The notes below the pieces were generated by a model. The model made no database searches, was not told the DNA's origin, and saw only the letters and a program-made list of their open reading frames with translations. This document shows, one piece after another, positions 9,976 through 18,927 of a stretch of 64,000 nt of DNA (positions are counted from its first letter, which is position 1; the number at the start of each line of letters is the position of its first letter). The DNA lies in NCBI GenBank assembly GCA_963662285.2, contig CAXXMV010000001.1, positions 992,001 through 1,056,000 of the forward strand. Reading direction: 5' to 3'. The DNA comes from a bacterium (lineage in GTDB: Bacteria; Hinthialibacterota; Hinthialibacteria; Hinthialibacterales; Hinthialibacteraceae). The translations under genes and the position numbers were made by a program.

Positions 9976-11886
9976 CTATTTTACCGCCGCTATTTTTTTT
10001 ATGTTCTTGGATTGAACAAAATCCACTATCCGTTTAGCGACTTGCTCAGGCAACAGGTTATGTTCTTCAAAAATCTGGTTGCGCGTTCCATGTTCAATAA
10101 TTTCATCGGGAACAGCCATCCTTAGAAGAGAAATGTTGCCTAATCTCATATCTTGAAGCGCTTCTGCAACAATACTGGAGAATCCACCGGCAATTGAATG
10201 ATCTTCATAGGTGGCGAAATGGGTATGATTCTCGGCCAGTTTTTTAATCAGTTCATGGTCAAGCGGTTTGGCGAAACGCATATTGACTACAGTAGGATTG
10301 ATGCCATCCTTACGCAAAAATTCCGCTGCTTCCAACGCCCGGTGCACCATGTAGCCATAAGCCAATATCGCTACGCCAGAGCCTTCCTGCAAGACTTTTC
10401 CCTTGCCGATGGCAATGGGTTCTTCTTCAGGCGACCAGTCTACGCCCTCGCCAGCAGACCGCGGATAACGCACTGCAAAAGGACCATCATGAGCTAAAGC
10501 CGTCCATAGCATTTGCGAAAGTTCACGCTCATTGGCAGCAGCCGCTAACACAATACCGGGGACTGAACGAAGAAACGCGATATCATACAATCCCTGATGG
10601 GTTGCGCCATCATCGCCAATAACCCCACCACGATCTATCGCAAAAATGACTGGAAGTTTCTGAATGCCGACATCGTGATACACCTGGTCATAGGCGCGTT
10701 GCAGGAAGGTGGAATAGATTGCGGCAACCGGGCGGATGCCTTCACATGCCATACCGCAAGCCAACATAATTGCGTGCTGCTCGGCGATGCCCACATCAAA
10801 GAAATTATCGGGATGCTCTTTAGATAACCTTGAAAGCCCAGTACCTGAAGCCATAGCTGCCGTGATACCGACGACTTTAGGATTCTTTTCCACCATTTTA
10901 CAGATAACATCGCTAAAAACGCTGGTATAACTTGGTGGTGTTGGCGTTAATGCCGGGATTTTAGATTTTTTCGGCTCGCCAGTAGCTTTTATAAACGGCT
11001 TGGCGCCATGCCAACTGGCGGGATCTTCTTCGGCTGGTTCGTAGCCATGTCCCTTTTCAGTCAAAACATGGAGCAGTAAAGGACCTTTCAAATCTTTAAG
11101 ACTGGTCAACGTCTCAATCAGAAGATCAATATCATGGCCATTGATAGGCCCGAAGTAACGAAATCCTAATTCTTCAAAAAACACGCCGGGCACAATAAGC
11201 GACTTGATACTCTCTTCGACCTTCTGCAAACGCTTCATCAGCGAATTGCCAATGCTCTTTTCGAGAAACTTATCGACGCCTTCTTTGGTTTTATTATAAT
11301 AATAGCTGCTGATAAGCCGGTTGAGGTGATGCGATATACCGCCGACATTAGGAGAGATGGACATATTGTTGTCATTGAGAATAACTAGCAGATCGGTTTT
11401 TAACTCTCCCGCATGATCCAAACCTTCGTAGGCGACGCCGCCGGTCAAGCCGCCATCTCCAATTATGGCGACGACTTTATTATCCCCGCCATTCAAATCA
11501 CGACCCGCAGCTAAACCCACCGCAGCGGATACAGACGTGCTGGCATGACCCGTCCCAAAATGATCGTGAGGACTTTCCCAACGGCGTGGAAATCCACTAA
11601 CGCCTTCATATTGGCGCAAGGTATGAAAATTATCCCGGCGACCAGTAAGCAACTTATGCCCGTAGCATTGATGACCGACATCCCAGACGATCTTGTCTTT
11701 GGGACTCTCAAGAACGCGATGAAGAGCAATAGTCAACTCCACTGCGCCTAATCCCGGCGCCAGATGCCCGCCTTTTTCGCTCACAACATCAATAATCTTC
11801 TTACGAATATCTTTAGCAAGAATATTTAACTCTTCTATGCTTAAATCACGTAAATCTTCAGGACCATTAATCTTTTCAAGAACCAT
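9976..11886 (-). CDS. dxs: 1-deoxy-D-xylulose-5-phosphate synthase
   Basis: GGHLAPGLG, WDVGHQ, GDG..LNDN TPP motif, GIAEQH, DGATHQG. Confidence 0.97.
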   Translation of the reverse strand: MVLEKINGPEDLRDLSIEELNILAKDIRKKIIDVVSEKGGHLAPGLGAVELTIALHRVLESPKDKIVWDVGHQCYGHKLLTGRRDNFHTLRQYEGVSGFPRRWESPHDHFGTGHASTSVSAAVGLAAGRDLNGGDNKVVAIIGDGGLTGGVAYEGLDHAGELKTDLLVILNDNNMSISPNVGGISHHLNRLISSYYYNKTKEGVDKFLEKSIGNSLMKRLQKVEESIKSLIVPGVFFEELGFRYFGPINGHDIDLLIETLTSLKDLKGPLLLHVLTEKGHGYEPAEEDPASWHGAKPFIKATGEPKKSKIPALTPTPPSYTSVFSDVICKMVEKNPKVVGITAAMASGTGLSRLSKEHPDNFFDVGIAEQHAIMLACGMACEGIRPVAAIYSTFLQRAYDQVYHDVGIQKLPVIFAIDRGGVIGDDGATHQGLYDIAFLRSVPGIVLAAAANERELSQMLWTALAHDGPFAVRYPRSAGEGVDWSPEEEPIAIGKGKVLQEGSGVAILAYGYMVHRALEAAEFLRKDGINPTVVNMRFAKPLDHELIKKLAENHTHFATYEDHSIAGGFSSIVAEALQDMRLGNISLLRMAVPDEIIEHGTRNQIFEEHNLLPEQVAKRIVDFVQSKNIKKIAAVK

Positions 11887-12039
11887 TGAAAATAACCTAA
11901 TTTCTTCGTAATTAAACTCTAGAGGGATAATCAGTATTTTGTTTGTTTCTCATAACATTTGATCTACAAAGAAGCCGCTCTTTACAGGCTTTCTCGAATC
12001 GAGAATAAGAACTTTATTATGAGAATCCCTCTAATCTAT

Positions 12040-13014
12040 TTATGCCTGACGCTCAACCAGAATAGTGGTTAAATCTATCAGGACTGAAGCGCGGTCGCCT
12101 TCGCATTCTAACAGTGACAAGACGCTATCGCGAAGTGAATTAACGCGTTTTCTTGATTCATCTAAACCAATCAGCGATGGATATGTTAATTTATCCCGCG
12201 CTTCATCGCTTCCGGCGTTTTTACCTATCACCGCCGTATCGCCAACTACATCTAAAATATCATCCACTACCTGAAAGATTAATCCAAGATGGGTTCCAAC
12301 TTCTCTAAGTAATTCAATATCCGCTTTGGATGCTGAAACCATGTGGGCGCCCATGAGCAAAGAGGCTCGAATCAGGGCAGCCGTTTTATGTAGGTGTATA
12401 TATTCTAGCACTTCTTCCGTTCCAGGCTTACTCTCATACTCCAAATCCACCGCCTGTCCCGCCACCATGCCGGGATAACCGCACGCAAAAGCCAATTCCC
12501 GCGCAGTTCGCAACGCCTGTAAAGCCAGGTTGTCGGGCAAACTTGAGAGCAACTGAAAACCCAGGGTGTGCAATGCATCAGACGATAACACAGCCAACGC
12601 TTCACCAAAAACAATATGAGAAGTCGGTCTTCCACGGCGTAATTCATCATCATCCATGCAGGGAAGATCATCATGCACTAAAGAATAAGTATGCACCAAT
12701 TCAATTGCGCATGCAGCAGTGAGCAATGATTGTTTCAAATTATCATCTACGCCATCCCAAGTATTTCCACTATACGAGTCATTACCTGATACGCCCCGGC
12801 AAAAATCTGCTCCGGCTAAAACCAGAATCGGTCGAATCCGCTTGCCGCCTGCTTCCAAGGGGTAACGTAATGCTTTATGTAATTGGGCAGCCATACCTTC
12901 CAACGGAGGCAGCAACGACCACAGTTTTTCTTCAACCTCTTTTTTGCGCCGCGCTAGATAGGCTTTGCAACCTTGCGTCGATGATTGAGATTTTTTTTCT
13001 TCTGAATTATTCAT
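12040..13014 (-). CDS. ispA: Farnesyl/geranylgeranyl diphosphate synthase
   Basis: GGKRIRP, HDDLPCMDDD..RRG and FQVVDDILD motifs; xseB-ispA-dxs synteny. Confidence 0.93.
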   Translation of the reverse strand: MNNSEEKKSQSSTQGCKAYLARRKKEVEEKLWSLLPPLEGMAAQLHKALRYPLEAGGKRIRPILVLAGADFCRGVSGNDSYSGNTWDGVDDNLKQSLLTAACAIELVHTYSLVHDDLPCMDDDELRRGRPTSHIVFGEALAVLSSDALHTLGFQLLSSLPDNLALQALRTARELAFACGYPGMVAGQAVDLEYESKPGTEEVLEYIHLHKTAALIRASLLMGAHMVSASKADIELLREVGTHLGLIFQVVDDILDVVGDTAVIGKNAGSDEARDKLTYPSLIGLDESRKRVNSLRDSVLSLLECEGDRASVLIDLTTILVERQA

Positions 13015-13049
13015 GGAGCCAGCCTATTATTAAAATATACGTCCATACC

Positions 13050-13171
13050 TGATGAGTCGTCAAAAAGTGTACGGCGGACGAAAGGTACGCTATACCTTGG
13101 ATAAATCAACCTAGAACACCACAAATTATTGTGCTCATGAAAACTATTTTAGACTTTTTACCATTTCATCA
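13050..13171. mobile_element. 122-bp MITE-like element with imperfect terminal inverted repeats and a 4-bp direct repeat
   Basis: Left end TGATGAGTCGTCAAAAAGT; reverse complement of right end TGATGAAATGGTAAAAAGT; TACC flanks both sides (13046-13049, 13172-13175). Confidence 0.6.
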
Positions 13172-13197
13172 TACCTCAAGCAACCATAAGAGCCATT

Positions 13198-13449
13198 CTA
13201 TTCATCTACAACTCCATCAAACGGCTCTTCGCTCCATCCCGAACCGGAATCCGCCGCTAATTTGGTGATGCGGGTTTCGACGTTATCGATCCGTTCAGAG
13301 CACTTTTTAACCAGCCCAGCCCCTTCGACAAAACAAGATTCCATTTCATCCAGGGTCAAGCCGCCTTGATCAAATTTGGCGATTATTTCTTCGAGACGCT
13401 GCATGCCTTCTTCAAAATCAAATGAATCCGCGTTTTTTTTTGCACTCAT
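13198..13449 (-). CDS. xseB: Exodeoxyribonuclease VII small subunit
   Basis: FEEGMQRLEEII..LTLDE pattern, follows xseA. Confidence 0.92.
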   Translation of the reverse strand: MSAKKNADSFDFEEGMQRLEEIIAKFDQGGLTLDEMESCFVEGAGLVKKCSERIDNVETRITKLAADSGSGWSEEPFDGVVDE

Positions 13450-13453
13450 GCTC

Positions 13454-14734
13454 TTAATCCTCTTTGACTACCCGAACTGCGAAGGCGCCATCAGAAACCA
13501 TAACCTGAATTGAATCGTCCGCCTTAACATCAGCAACCCGACATACTAAATATCCTTCATTGGTACGGCAAATGGAATATCCTCTGGCAAGATTTCGAGC
13601 GGGATCATAACTGTGCAGCAGATGATCGTAACGCCGGACTGTTTGACGCCGCTGTTCAAGCGCGTGTAAAATAAACCGTTGCAGAGATTCCTTATAGTTC
13701 TTGCATGACAAACGCTTTTGCTGAGTCATTGACTCGCAAGCGCGAATCATCGCCGCCATAATATCATCTAAACGCTGACGTTTTTGCGCAATAACCGTGA
13801 TGGGATGATAGCGCTTGAGCGCCTGTTGAGAAACCTCCAGGCGTTCCTTCTCCCGTTCTAGAAGAGGAACGATTAATCGAAAAAGCCTATCGCGATGTAA
13901 ATGCAGATTCGCACGATGATTCTCAAACAAATCAAGCACTAACTGCCCGGCTGCAGTAGGAGTCGGCGCACGCAGATCAGCGACGAAATCTGAGATAGTA
14001 AAATCTATTTCATGCCCAATCGCTGAAATCACCGGCAAATCAGACTTATGTATGGCCCGCGCCACTATCTCTTCATTGAATGACCATAGGTCTTCAAGGC
14101 TGCCGCCGCCGCGACACAAAACAATCAGATCGAACTCACCGCTCTGGTTAACGGCCTCAATCATACGTGATATTTCAGCTGCGGATTCTTCACCCTGAAC
14201 CAAGACAGGGCAAACAGTACAACAGACAGGACAATGTCCTGCAGTAACAATGCGGAGAAAATCACGCACCGCCGCGCCGGTTGGAGAAGTAATAACAGCA
14301 ACTTTGCGTGGAAAATCCGGTAATAATTTCTTATTTTCAAAATCAAAAAGCCCTTCTTCAGACAGTATACGCTTCAATGCATCAAAACGTTGCTGAAGAG
14401 CGCCAATCCCGGCCAAGCGTATAGTGGAAACAACTAACTGATATTGTCCACGGGGTGGATAAAGCGTTATATTGCCGCCAGTTATCACCTCAACGCCATC
14501 TTGCAAATCCAATCCCCCCCAACGCGCCACGGTTCCCTTCCACGCCACGCATTCAAGAACCGCATTTGCATCTTTAAGGCGAAAATAGGCATGACCGGAT
14601 GGAGCTCGCTTAAATCCGGATAATTCTCCCCTAACCTGAACCCAGTCATACTCCTCTTCCAACTTCTGTCGAATTTCATTAGTCAGGCTGGAAACGCTAT
14701 AGAGCGGCTGGGCTGCTTCTGCTTCCTTAATCAT
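13454..14734 (-). CDS. xseA: Exodeoxyribonuclease VII large subunit
   Basis: SGHAYFRLKD, RGGGSLEDL, GHEIDFT and RAPTPTAA motifs. Confidence 0.96.
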   Translation of the reverse strand: MIKEAEAAQPLYSVSSLTNEIRQKLEEEYDWVQVRGELSGFKRAPSGHAYFRLKDANAVLECVAWKGTVARWGGLDLQDGVEVITGGNITLYPPRGQYQLVVSTIRLAGIGALQQRFDALKRILSEEGLFDFENKKLLPDFPRKVAVITSPTGAAVRDFLRIVTAGHCPVCCTVCPVLVQGEESAAEISRMIEAVNQSGEFDLIVLCRGGGSLEDLWSFNEEIVARAIHKSDLPVISAIGHEIDFTISDFVADLRAPTPTAAGQLVLDLFENHRANLHLHRDRLFRLIVPLLEREKERLEVSQQALKRYHPITVIAQKRQRLDDIMAAMIRACESMTQQKRLSCKNYKESLQRFILHALEQRRQTVRRYDHLLHSYDPARNLARGYSICRTNEGYLVCRVADVKADDSIQVMVSDGAFAVRVVKED

Positions 14735-14763
14735 TCAATTCCCGATTCGTGTTTCTAAATTCA

Positions 14764-14796
14764 CCCTTACCCTAACCTGATCCCGAAGGGAGGGGA
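14764..14796. repeat. Degenerate REP-like element
   Basis: CCCTTACCCTAACCTGATCCCGAAGGGAGGGGA resembles the CCCTCACCCTAACCCTCTCCC..GGGAGAGGG repeat type; single copy here. Confidence 0.4.
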
Positions 14797-14830
14797 TTTG
14801 ATTAGCCAACATTTATGGATAACAAAGATA

Positions 14831-15616
14831 CTATACAGCGGCGCCAGGATACAGGATGCGCTCTATCGATTCGGCATTCCCGGTTTTTTCGTCAACCGAT
14901 ATTACTACTCCCGCAACCTTAAGATTATGCTTGGAAATACGAAAAGGAACCTTCATTCCTGTAACAAATCTCCTGGTTGCAGTTTCAATATCCATACCGA
15001 TAACAGAATCAAAAGCGCCCGTCATTCCAGCATCAGTAATATACGCCGTACCCCCTGACATTATTCTCTCATCAGCAGTCGGGACATGAGTATGCGTGCC
15101 GATTACGGCGCTTACCCGTCCATTCATATACCATCCAAGCGCCATTTTTTCAGAAGTGGCTTCTCCATGAATATCTACTAGAATAATTGCCTGATTGCCA
15201 ATTTCTTCAAGCATTTTATCCACAGCCTGAAAGGGACAATCAATGGGGGTCATATATAGTCGGCAACATAATTGCGCAACAACAATATTGCATCCATTTT
15301 GCGCAGTGACGGATGTCCATCCATGACCCGGAACATCCAGGGGATAATTATAGGCTCGCACGATACAAGTGTCTGTATCTATGAAAGATAGAACATCTTT
15401 ATTATCCCAGGCATGATTTCCTAAAGTAATGGCTTCAACGCCTGCATCGTATAACTCCTGAGCAACAGCTTTGCTGATGCCTTTACCTCCGGCGGAATTT
15501 TCACCGTTGGCGATACAGAAATCAATTTTATATTCTTCTATGATAGATTGTAAATTATCTTTTAATACAGCGCGTCCAGGACGAGCGAAGACATCTCCGA
15601 TAAATAGTATTTTCAT
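14831..15616 (-). CDS. ymdB: TIGR00282/YmdB family metallophosphoesterase
   Basis: GDVF, NGEN, TLGNH, DIHGEATSEK and GTHTH motifs. Confidence 0.92.
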   Translation of the reverse strand: MKILFIGDVFARPGRAVLKDNLQSIIEEYKIDFCIANGENSAGGKGISKAVAQELYDAGVEAITLGNHAWDNKDVLSFIDTDTCIVRAYNYPLDVPGHGWTSVTAQNGCNIVVAQLCCRLYMTPIDCPFQAVDKMLEEIGNQAIILVDIHGEATSEKMALGWYMNGRVSAVIGTHTHVPTADERIMSGGTAYITDAGMTGAFDSVIGMDIETATRRFVTGMKVPFRISKHNLKVAGVVISVDEKTGNAESIERILYPGAAV

Positions 15617-15656
15617 TCACTAAACTTTCTAAAATTCACAATATACTAAGTATATA

Positions 15657-16511
15657 TTAAGATGCTCTAAGTTGAAGATAGTCCCGCAACGCATCCTGCC
15701 ATGATCGCAAAGGCCCAAGTCCCGCACTGATTATTTTACTATTATCCAAACATGAATTAACCGGGCGCCGGGCGGGAGCGCCATATTCACTCGCTGTTAC
15801 GGGAATCAACTGAACAGACATATTGGACTGATCAAAAATCTCCTGCGCAAACTCCATCCAGGTGCATCCACCACTATTGGTAACATGATATACGCCATAG
15901 TTTTTGGTTTCTACCAAGCGTCTTATGACATTAGCGGCATCTGTAGTATAGGTGGGAGAAAGAGATTCATCGCTGACAATCCGTAAAGGATTGCCTTTCG
16001 ATCCTAAACGAAGCATGGCTTCCACAAAATTGGTACCTTTCATTCTGCTGGGAGTCAAACCAAACAATCCAGCTACCCGCACAATATAATTTTTGTTCCA
16101 TAAAGAATTAAGGTAATGCTCCCCAGCCAGTTTGGTTATACCATAGGCATTAAGAGGCGAAGCCGGATCGTCTTCGACATAAGGCGAGTCTTTGAAACCG
16201 TCAAAAACATAATTAGTACTGACATGCACCAATGGGATATCCCATTTTTTACACGCCAATGCAAGGTTTCGAGGCCCAAGCGCATTGACTTCAAAGGCTC
16301 GAATATGCTCGCGCTCGCATTCATCTACGCGGGTAAAAGCGGCGGCGTTAATAACCAGATCAGGAGCGGTAAAAGCTACTTGCTGTTGAACGGATGCTTC
16401 ATCCGTAATATCCATATCTTCAGAGGTATATTGCGTTATCTGGCAATCATCAAACGCTTTAATTAAATCAGTGCCAAGTTGTCCACGCGCGCCAATTATC
16501 AAAACCTGCAT
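15657..16511 (-). CDS. rfbD: dTDP-4-dehydrorhamnose reductase
   Basis: GARGQLG, STNYVFDG, YGITK, PTY and PARRP motifs; start moved to the ATG at 16511 after GGAGG. Confidence 0.92.
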   Translation of the reverse strand: MQVLIIGARGQLGTDLIKAFDDCQITQYTSEDMDITDEASVQQQVAFTAPDLVINAAAFTRVDECEREHIRAFEVNALGPRNLALACKKWDIPLVHVSTNYVFDGFKDSPYVEDDPASPLNAYGITKLAGEHYLNSLWNKNYIVRVAGLFGLTPSRMKGTNFVEAMLRLGSKGNPLRIVSDESLSPTYTTDAANVIRRLVETKNYGVYHVTNSGGCTWMEFAQEIFDQSNMSVQLIPVTASEYGAPARRPVNSCLDNSKIISAGLGPLRSWQDALRDYLQLRAS

Positions 16512-16702
16512 AAAACAAACCTCCATTAGAGTTACTTAGAGAATAATTTATTATATCGGCTTGTGAAGCATTTGTGGAGAAACAGTGAACAAGTTGTGGA
16601 TTTCTTTTCAATAAGCAAAAATTTCAAAGGATTGAAAAAATCAAAGAAAAGCAGCTTAATTAATAAAATCTGACCAAATACCAATGATTAAGGAGTTTTC
16701 TC

Positions 16703-16897
16703 ATGACTGATTGCAATAATAATGTAAATTGCACTTGCACATATTCCAACTGCGCCAAACATGGAAAGTGCTGTGAATGCATTAAATACCATCTGCGTAT
16801 GCAAGAACTGCCCGCTTGTTGCTTCCCTTCTAATGTCGAGCGCTCATACGACCGTTCATTCAGAAAATTCATCGAAACATACAAGGATAAGGTATAA
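16703..16897 (+). CDS. Small Cys-rich protein (DUF6485-like)
   Basis: CTCTYSNCAKHGKCCECIKYH..ELPACCF..ERSYDRS; AAGGAG RBS; followed by a terminator. Confidence 0.75.
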   Translation: MTDCNNNVNCTCTYSNCAKHGKCCECIKYHLRMQELPACCFPSNVERSYDRSFRKFIETYKDKV

Positions 16898-16917
16898 CCG
16901 TATAAGATATATAATAG

Positions 16918-16954
16918 AGTAAAGGCGTGCAGTTTAAGCCTGCACGCCTTTACT
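16918..16954. terminator. Terminator hairpin between convergent genes
   Basis: AGTAAAGGCGTGCAG/CTGCACGCCTTTACT perfect 15-bp stem. Confidence 0.75.
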
Positions 16955-16999
16955 AATCGTTATTAATCAAGGAGTTGTATCCAACCTATAAGTTTTTAT

Positions 17000-17440
17000 T
17001 CAATTTTGAAAATTGATTTTTATAGGTATGGGAACCGATTTTGTCATTTTGGGCAAATATAGTGTGAGAATTCCGTTCTCATGCTTTTGCGTCACATTGC
17101 TTTTAACAACTTGAGCAGGCAAAGAAATATTAACCGAAAAAGGACCACATTCGCTATCAAAACAATGCTGACAATCACTTGATTGCGAAAGCGCACTTTG
17201 AACCAGAACAGCAGTATCATTAACGGTTGCATCTACCACATCAGGATTAATGCCCGGTAACTCTACATCCACAATAAATCGATCAGATTCTTCGAATATT
17301 TTGGTTGCCGGGCCCCACGATAAGTCATCTGTTTCACGGACGACGAATGCTTTTGGCAAGAGCGCCAGCGATAACTTGCTATCAGGTTTATCTCTTGGAA
17401 TCCGGCGGCTATTCTTTGTATTATCTGAAAAAGTGAACAT
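17000..17440 (-). CDS. Hsp20/alpha-crystallin family small heat shock protein
   Basis: VDVELPGI..ISLP..ENGILTLYLPK motifs; AAGGAG RBS. Confidence 0.85.
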   Translation of the reverse strand: MFTFSDNTKNSRRIPRDKPDSKLSLALLPKAFVVRETDDLSWGPATKIFEESDRFIVDVELPGINPDVVDATVNDTAVLVQSALSQSSDCQHCFDSECGPFSVNISLPAQVVKSNVTQKHENGILTLYLPKMTKSVPIPIKINFQN

Positions 17441-17738
17441 TGTTCATCTCCTTAGTGCTTACTAAATATATCTCAATAAAATCCAAATTGATTTTTTTTA
17501 TCTATCATTTTAACATTTTATTTTCTGCAATAACTTTTGGTGTTTTTAATTGATCTATACATAATTCATATTTTTTTAATACTTACTCTAACAATATATT
17601 TAATATAAACAATAATCAGGCCACTTTGTCATTTTCTTTCAAAAAACCACGCATCATTCCAAAGAAAACCCTGATTTACGATCAAAAACAATTGAAAATA
17701 ATTATCACCATGGTTTATAAATAGAAATACTTTTTATT

Positions 17739-17763
17739 TATTTGCGCCACAATGGCGCAAATA
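17739..17763. promoter_or_regulatory. Palindromic operator resembling an NtrC-family enhancer site
   Basis: TATTTGCGCCA-CAA-TGGCGCAAATA, 11-bp perfect arms in an AT-rich intergenic region. Confidence 0.55.
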
Positions 17764-17897
17764 TCATGATGTCAAAGGCTTCTTATTCAAGCCAGGAATT
17801 CTCATAAATGATAATCTTCTAAATATGCATAAATACGTTATTATAAAAAGAATTCTGAATCTGTTAAAACATGACGAGAATGTTTAACATCCACTCC

Positions 17898-17925
17898 TTG
17901 ACTCCGGCGCCGGTGAAACTATTAT
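17898..17925 (+). promoter_or_regulatory. Putative sigma70 promoter of the rpmH operon
   Basis: TTGACT-16 nt-TATTAT about 40 bp upstream of rpmH. Confidence 0.45.
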
Positions 17926-17964
17926 TTATAGCTTAAAATCAATATAGGATGATAATAAAAAGCA

Positions 17965-18126
17965 ATGAAGCGAACGTATCAACCAAGCAACACTAAAAGA
18001 ATCCGTACGCATGGCTTTCGTGAAAGAATGAAGACGCGAAGCGGTCGCGATGTAATCCGAAGACGCCGACGTAAAGGGCGAGTACGTTTAACTGTCTCAG
18101 ATACTATGCGCGATAAAATGCGTTAA
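17965..18126 (+). CDS. rpmH: 50S ribosomal protein L34 (absent from the ORF track)
   Basis: Hand translation [53 protein letters not shown]. Confidence 0.98.
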   Translation: MKRTYQPSNTKRIRTHGFRERMKTRSGRDVIRRRRRKGRVRLTVSDTMRDKMR

Positions 18127-18163
18127 TAGTTAAACCAATACCGTCTATATTTGGGATTGAATA

Positions 18164-18541
18164 TTGAGATTGGACCAACGGTTTAGAAAGTCCGAACGCT
18201 TATTAAAGAAGGAAGAGATTCGAAGCGTATTGCGTCAGCGCGGCGTTGAAGGCAAATATTGCTTTCTCCACATCCATCCCAACCAAGGACCAAATTCCAG
18301 GTTGGCTGTTGTGGTCAGTCGAGCTGCAGGGAAGGCAGTCGTCCGTAACAAAGCGAAAAGGCGACTGCGAGAGATATTCCGGCGCAACAAGAATTATTTG
18401 AACCAAACACTCGATCTGGTTATTCGGGCAAAACGCTCGATAAGCCTAGCTTCTTATCGCGAACTCGGTGAAGATTTTAATAGAATTCTGAAACGACGAA
18501 GCTTTTTAAGAACCATTGATCCGAGTAAAACGGACAATTAG
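18164..18541 (+). CDS. rnpA: Ribonuclease P protein component
   Basis: KSERL and AVVRNKAKRRLRE motifs; synteny. Confidence 0.95.
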   Translation: MRLDQRFRKSERLLKKEEIRSVLRQRGVEGKYCFLHIHPNQGPNSRLAVVVSRAAGKAVVRNKAKRRLREIFRRNKNYLNQTLDLVIRAKRSISLASYRELGEDFNRILKRRSFLRTIDPSKTDN

Positions 18542-18575
18542 TTAAATATTTGCTCAGCGCCGGTTCGACGGATTC

Positions 18576-18854
18576 ATGGATATGTATGGGGTAATCAAAG
18601 CCATTGCCGCAGTACCTGCGCGTTTGGCCATTTCTTTCCTCACAGGGTATCATCGGTGGATTTCTCCGATGATGGCGCCGTCTTGTCGTTTTCACCCCAC
18701 ATGTTCTGTGTATTCAATAGAAGTTATTGCCTCTTTTGGCCTTTTGAAAGGTGGATATCTAACCATAATACGCCTTTTAAAATGTCAACCTTTTCACCCT
18801 GGAGGCGTCGATCTCCCACCCAAGCCTTCTCCAGATAACAAATGCAGCTTCTAA
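18576..18854 (+). CDS. yidD: Membrane protein insertion efficiency factor YidD
   Basis: [10 protein letters not shown] and [14 protein letters not shown] motifs. Confidence 0.95.
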   Translation: MDMYGVIKAIAAVPARLAISFLTGYHRWISPMMAPSCRFHPTCSVYSIEVIASFGLLKGGYLTIIRLLKCQPFHPGGVDLPPKPSPDNKCSF

Positions 18855-18927
18855 TGGCCTGCGCATGCGTATGCATGCCCATTGTAATTACAGCATAATT
18901 ATATTTGTACGAGTTTATTGTTAAATT

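Noticed and set aside
13049-13105. Hammerhead ribozyme-like core CTGATGA..GAAA with plausible stems II and III
   Set aside because: Stem I cannot pair properly, and the motif is explained by the MITE terminal repeat.
16561-17960. oriC near rpmH (AT-rich gap; DnaA-box-like TGTGGAGAA and TGTGGATTT at 16573-16603)
   Set aside because: No dnaA/dnaN, boxes have 1-2 mismatches, and by eye the plus strand looks C-rich on both sides with no skew switch. A computed cumulative GC skew would settle it.
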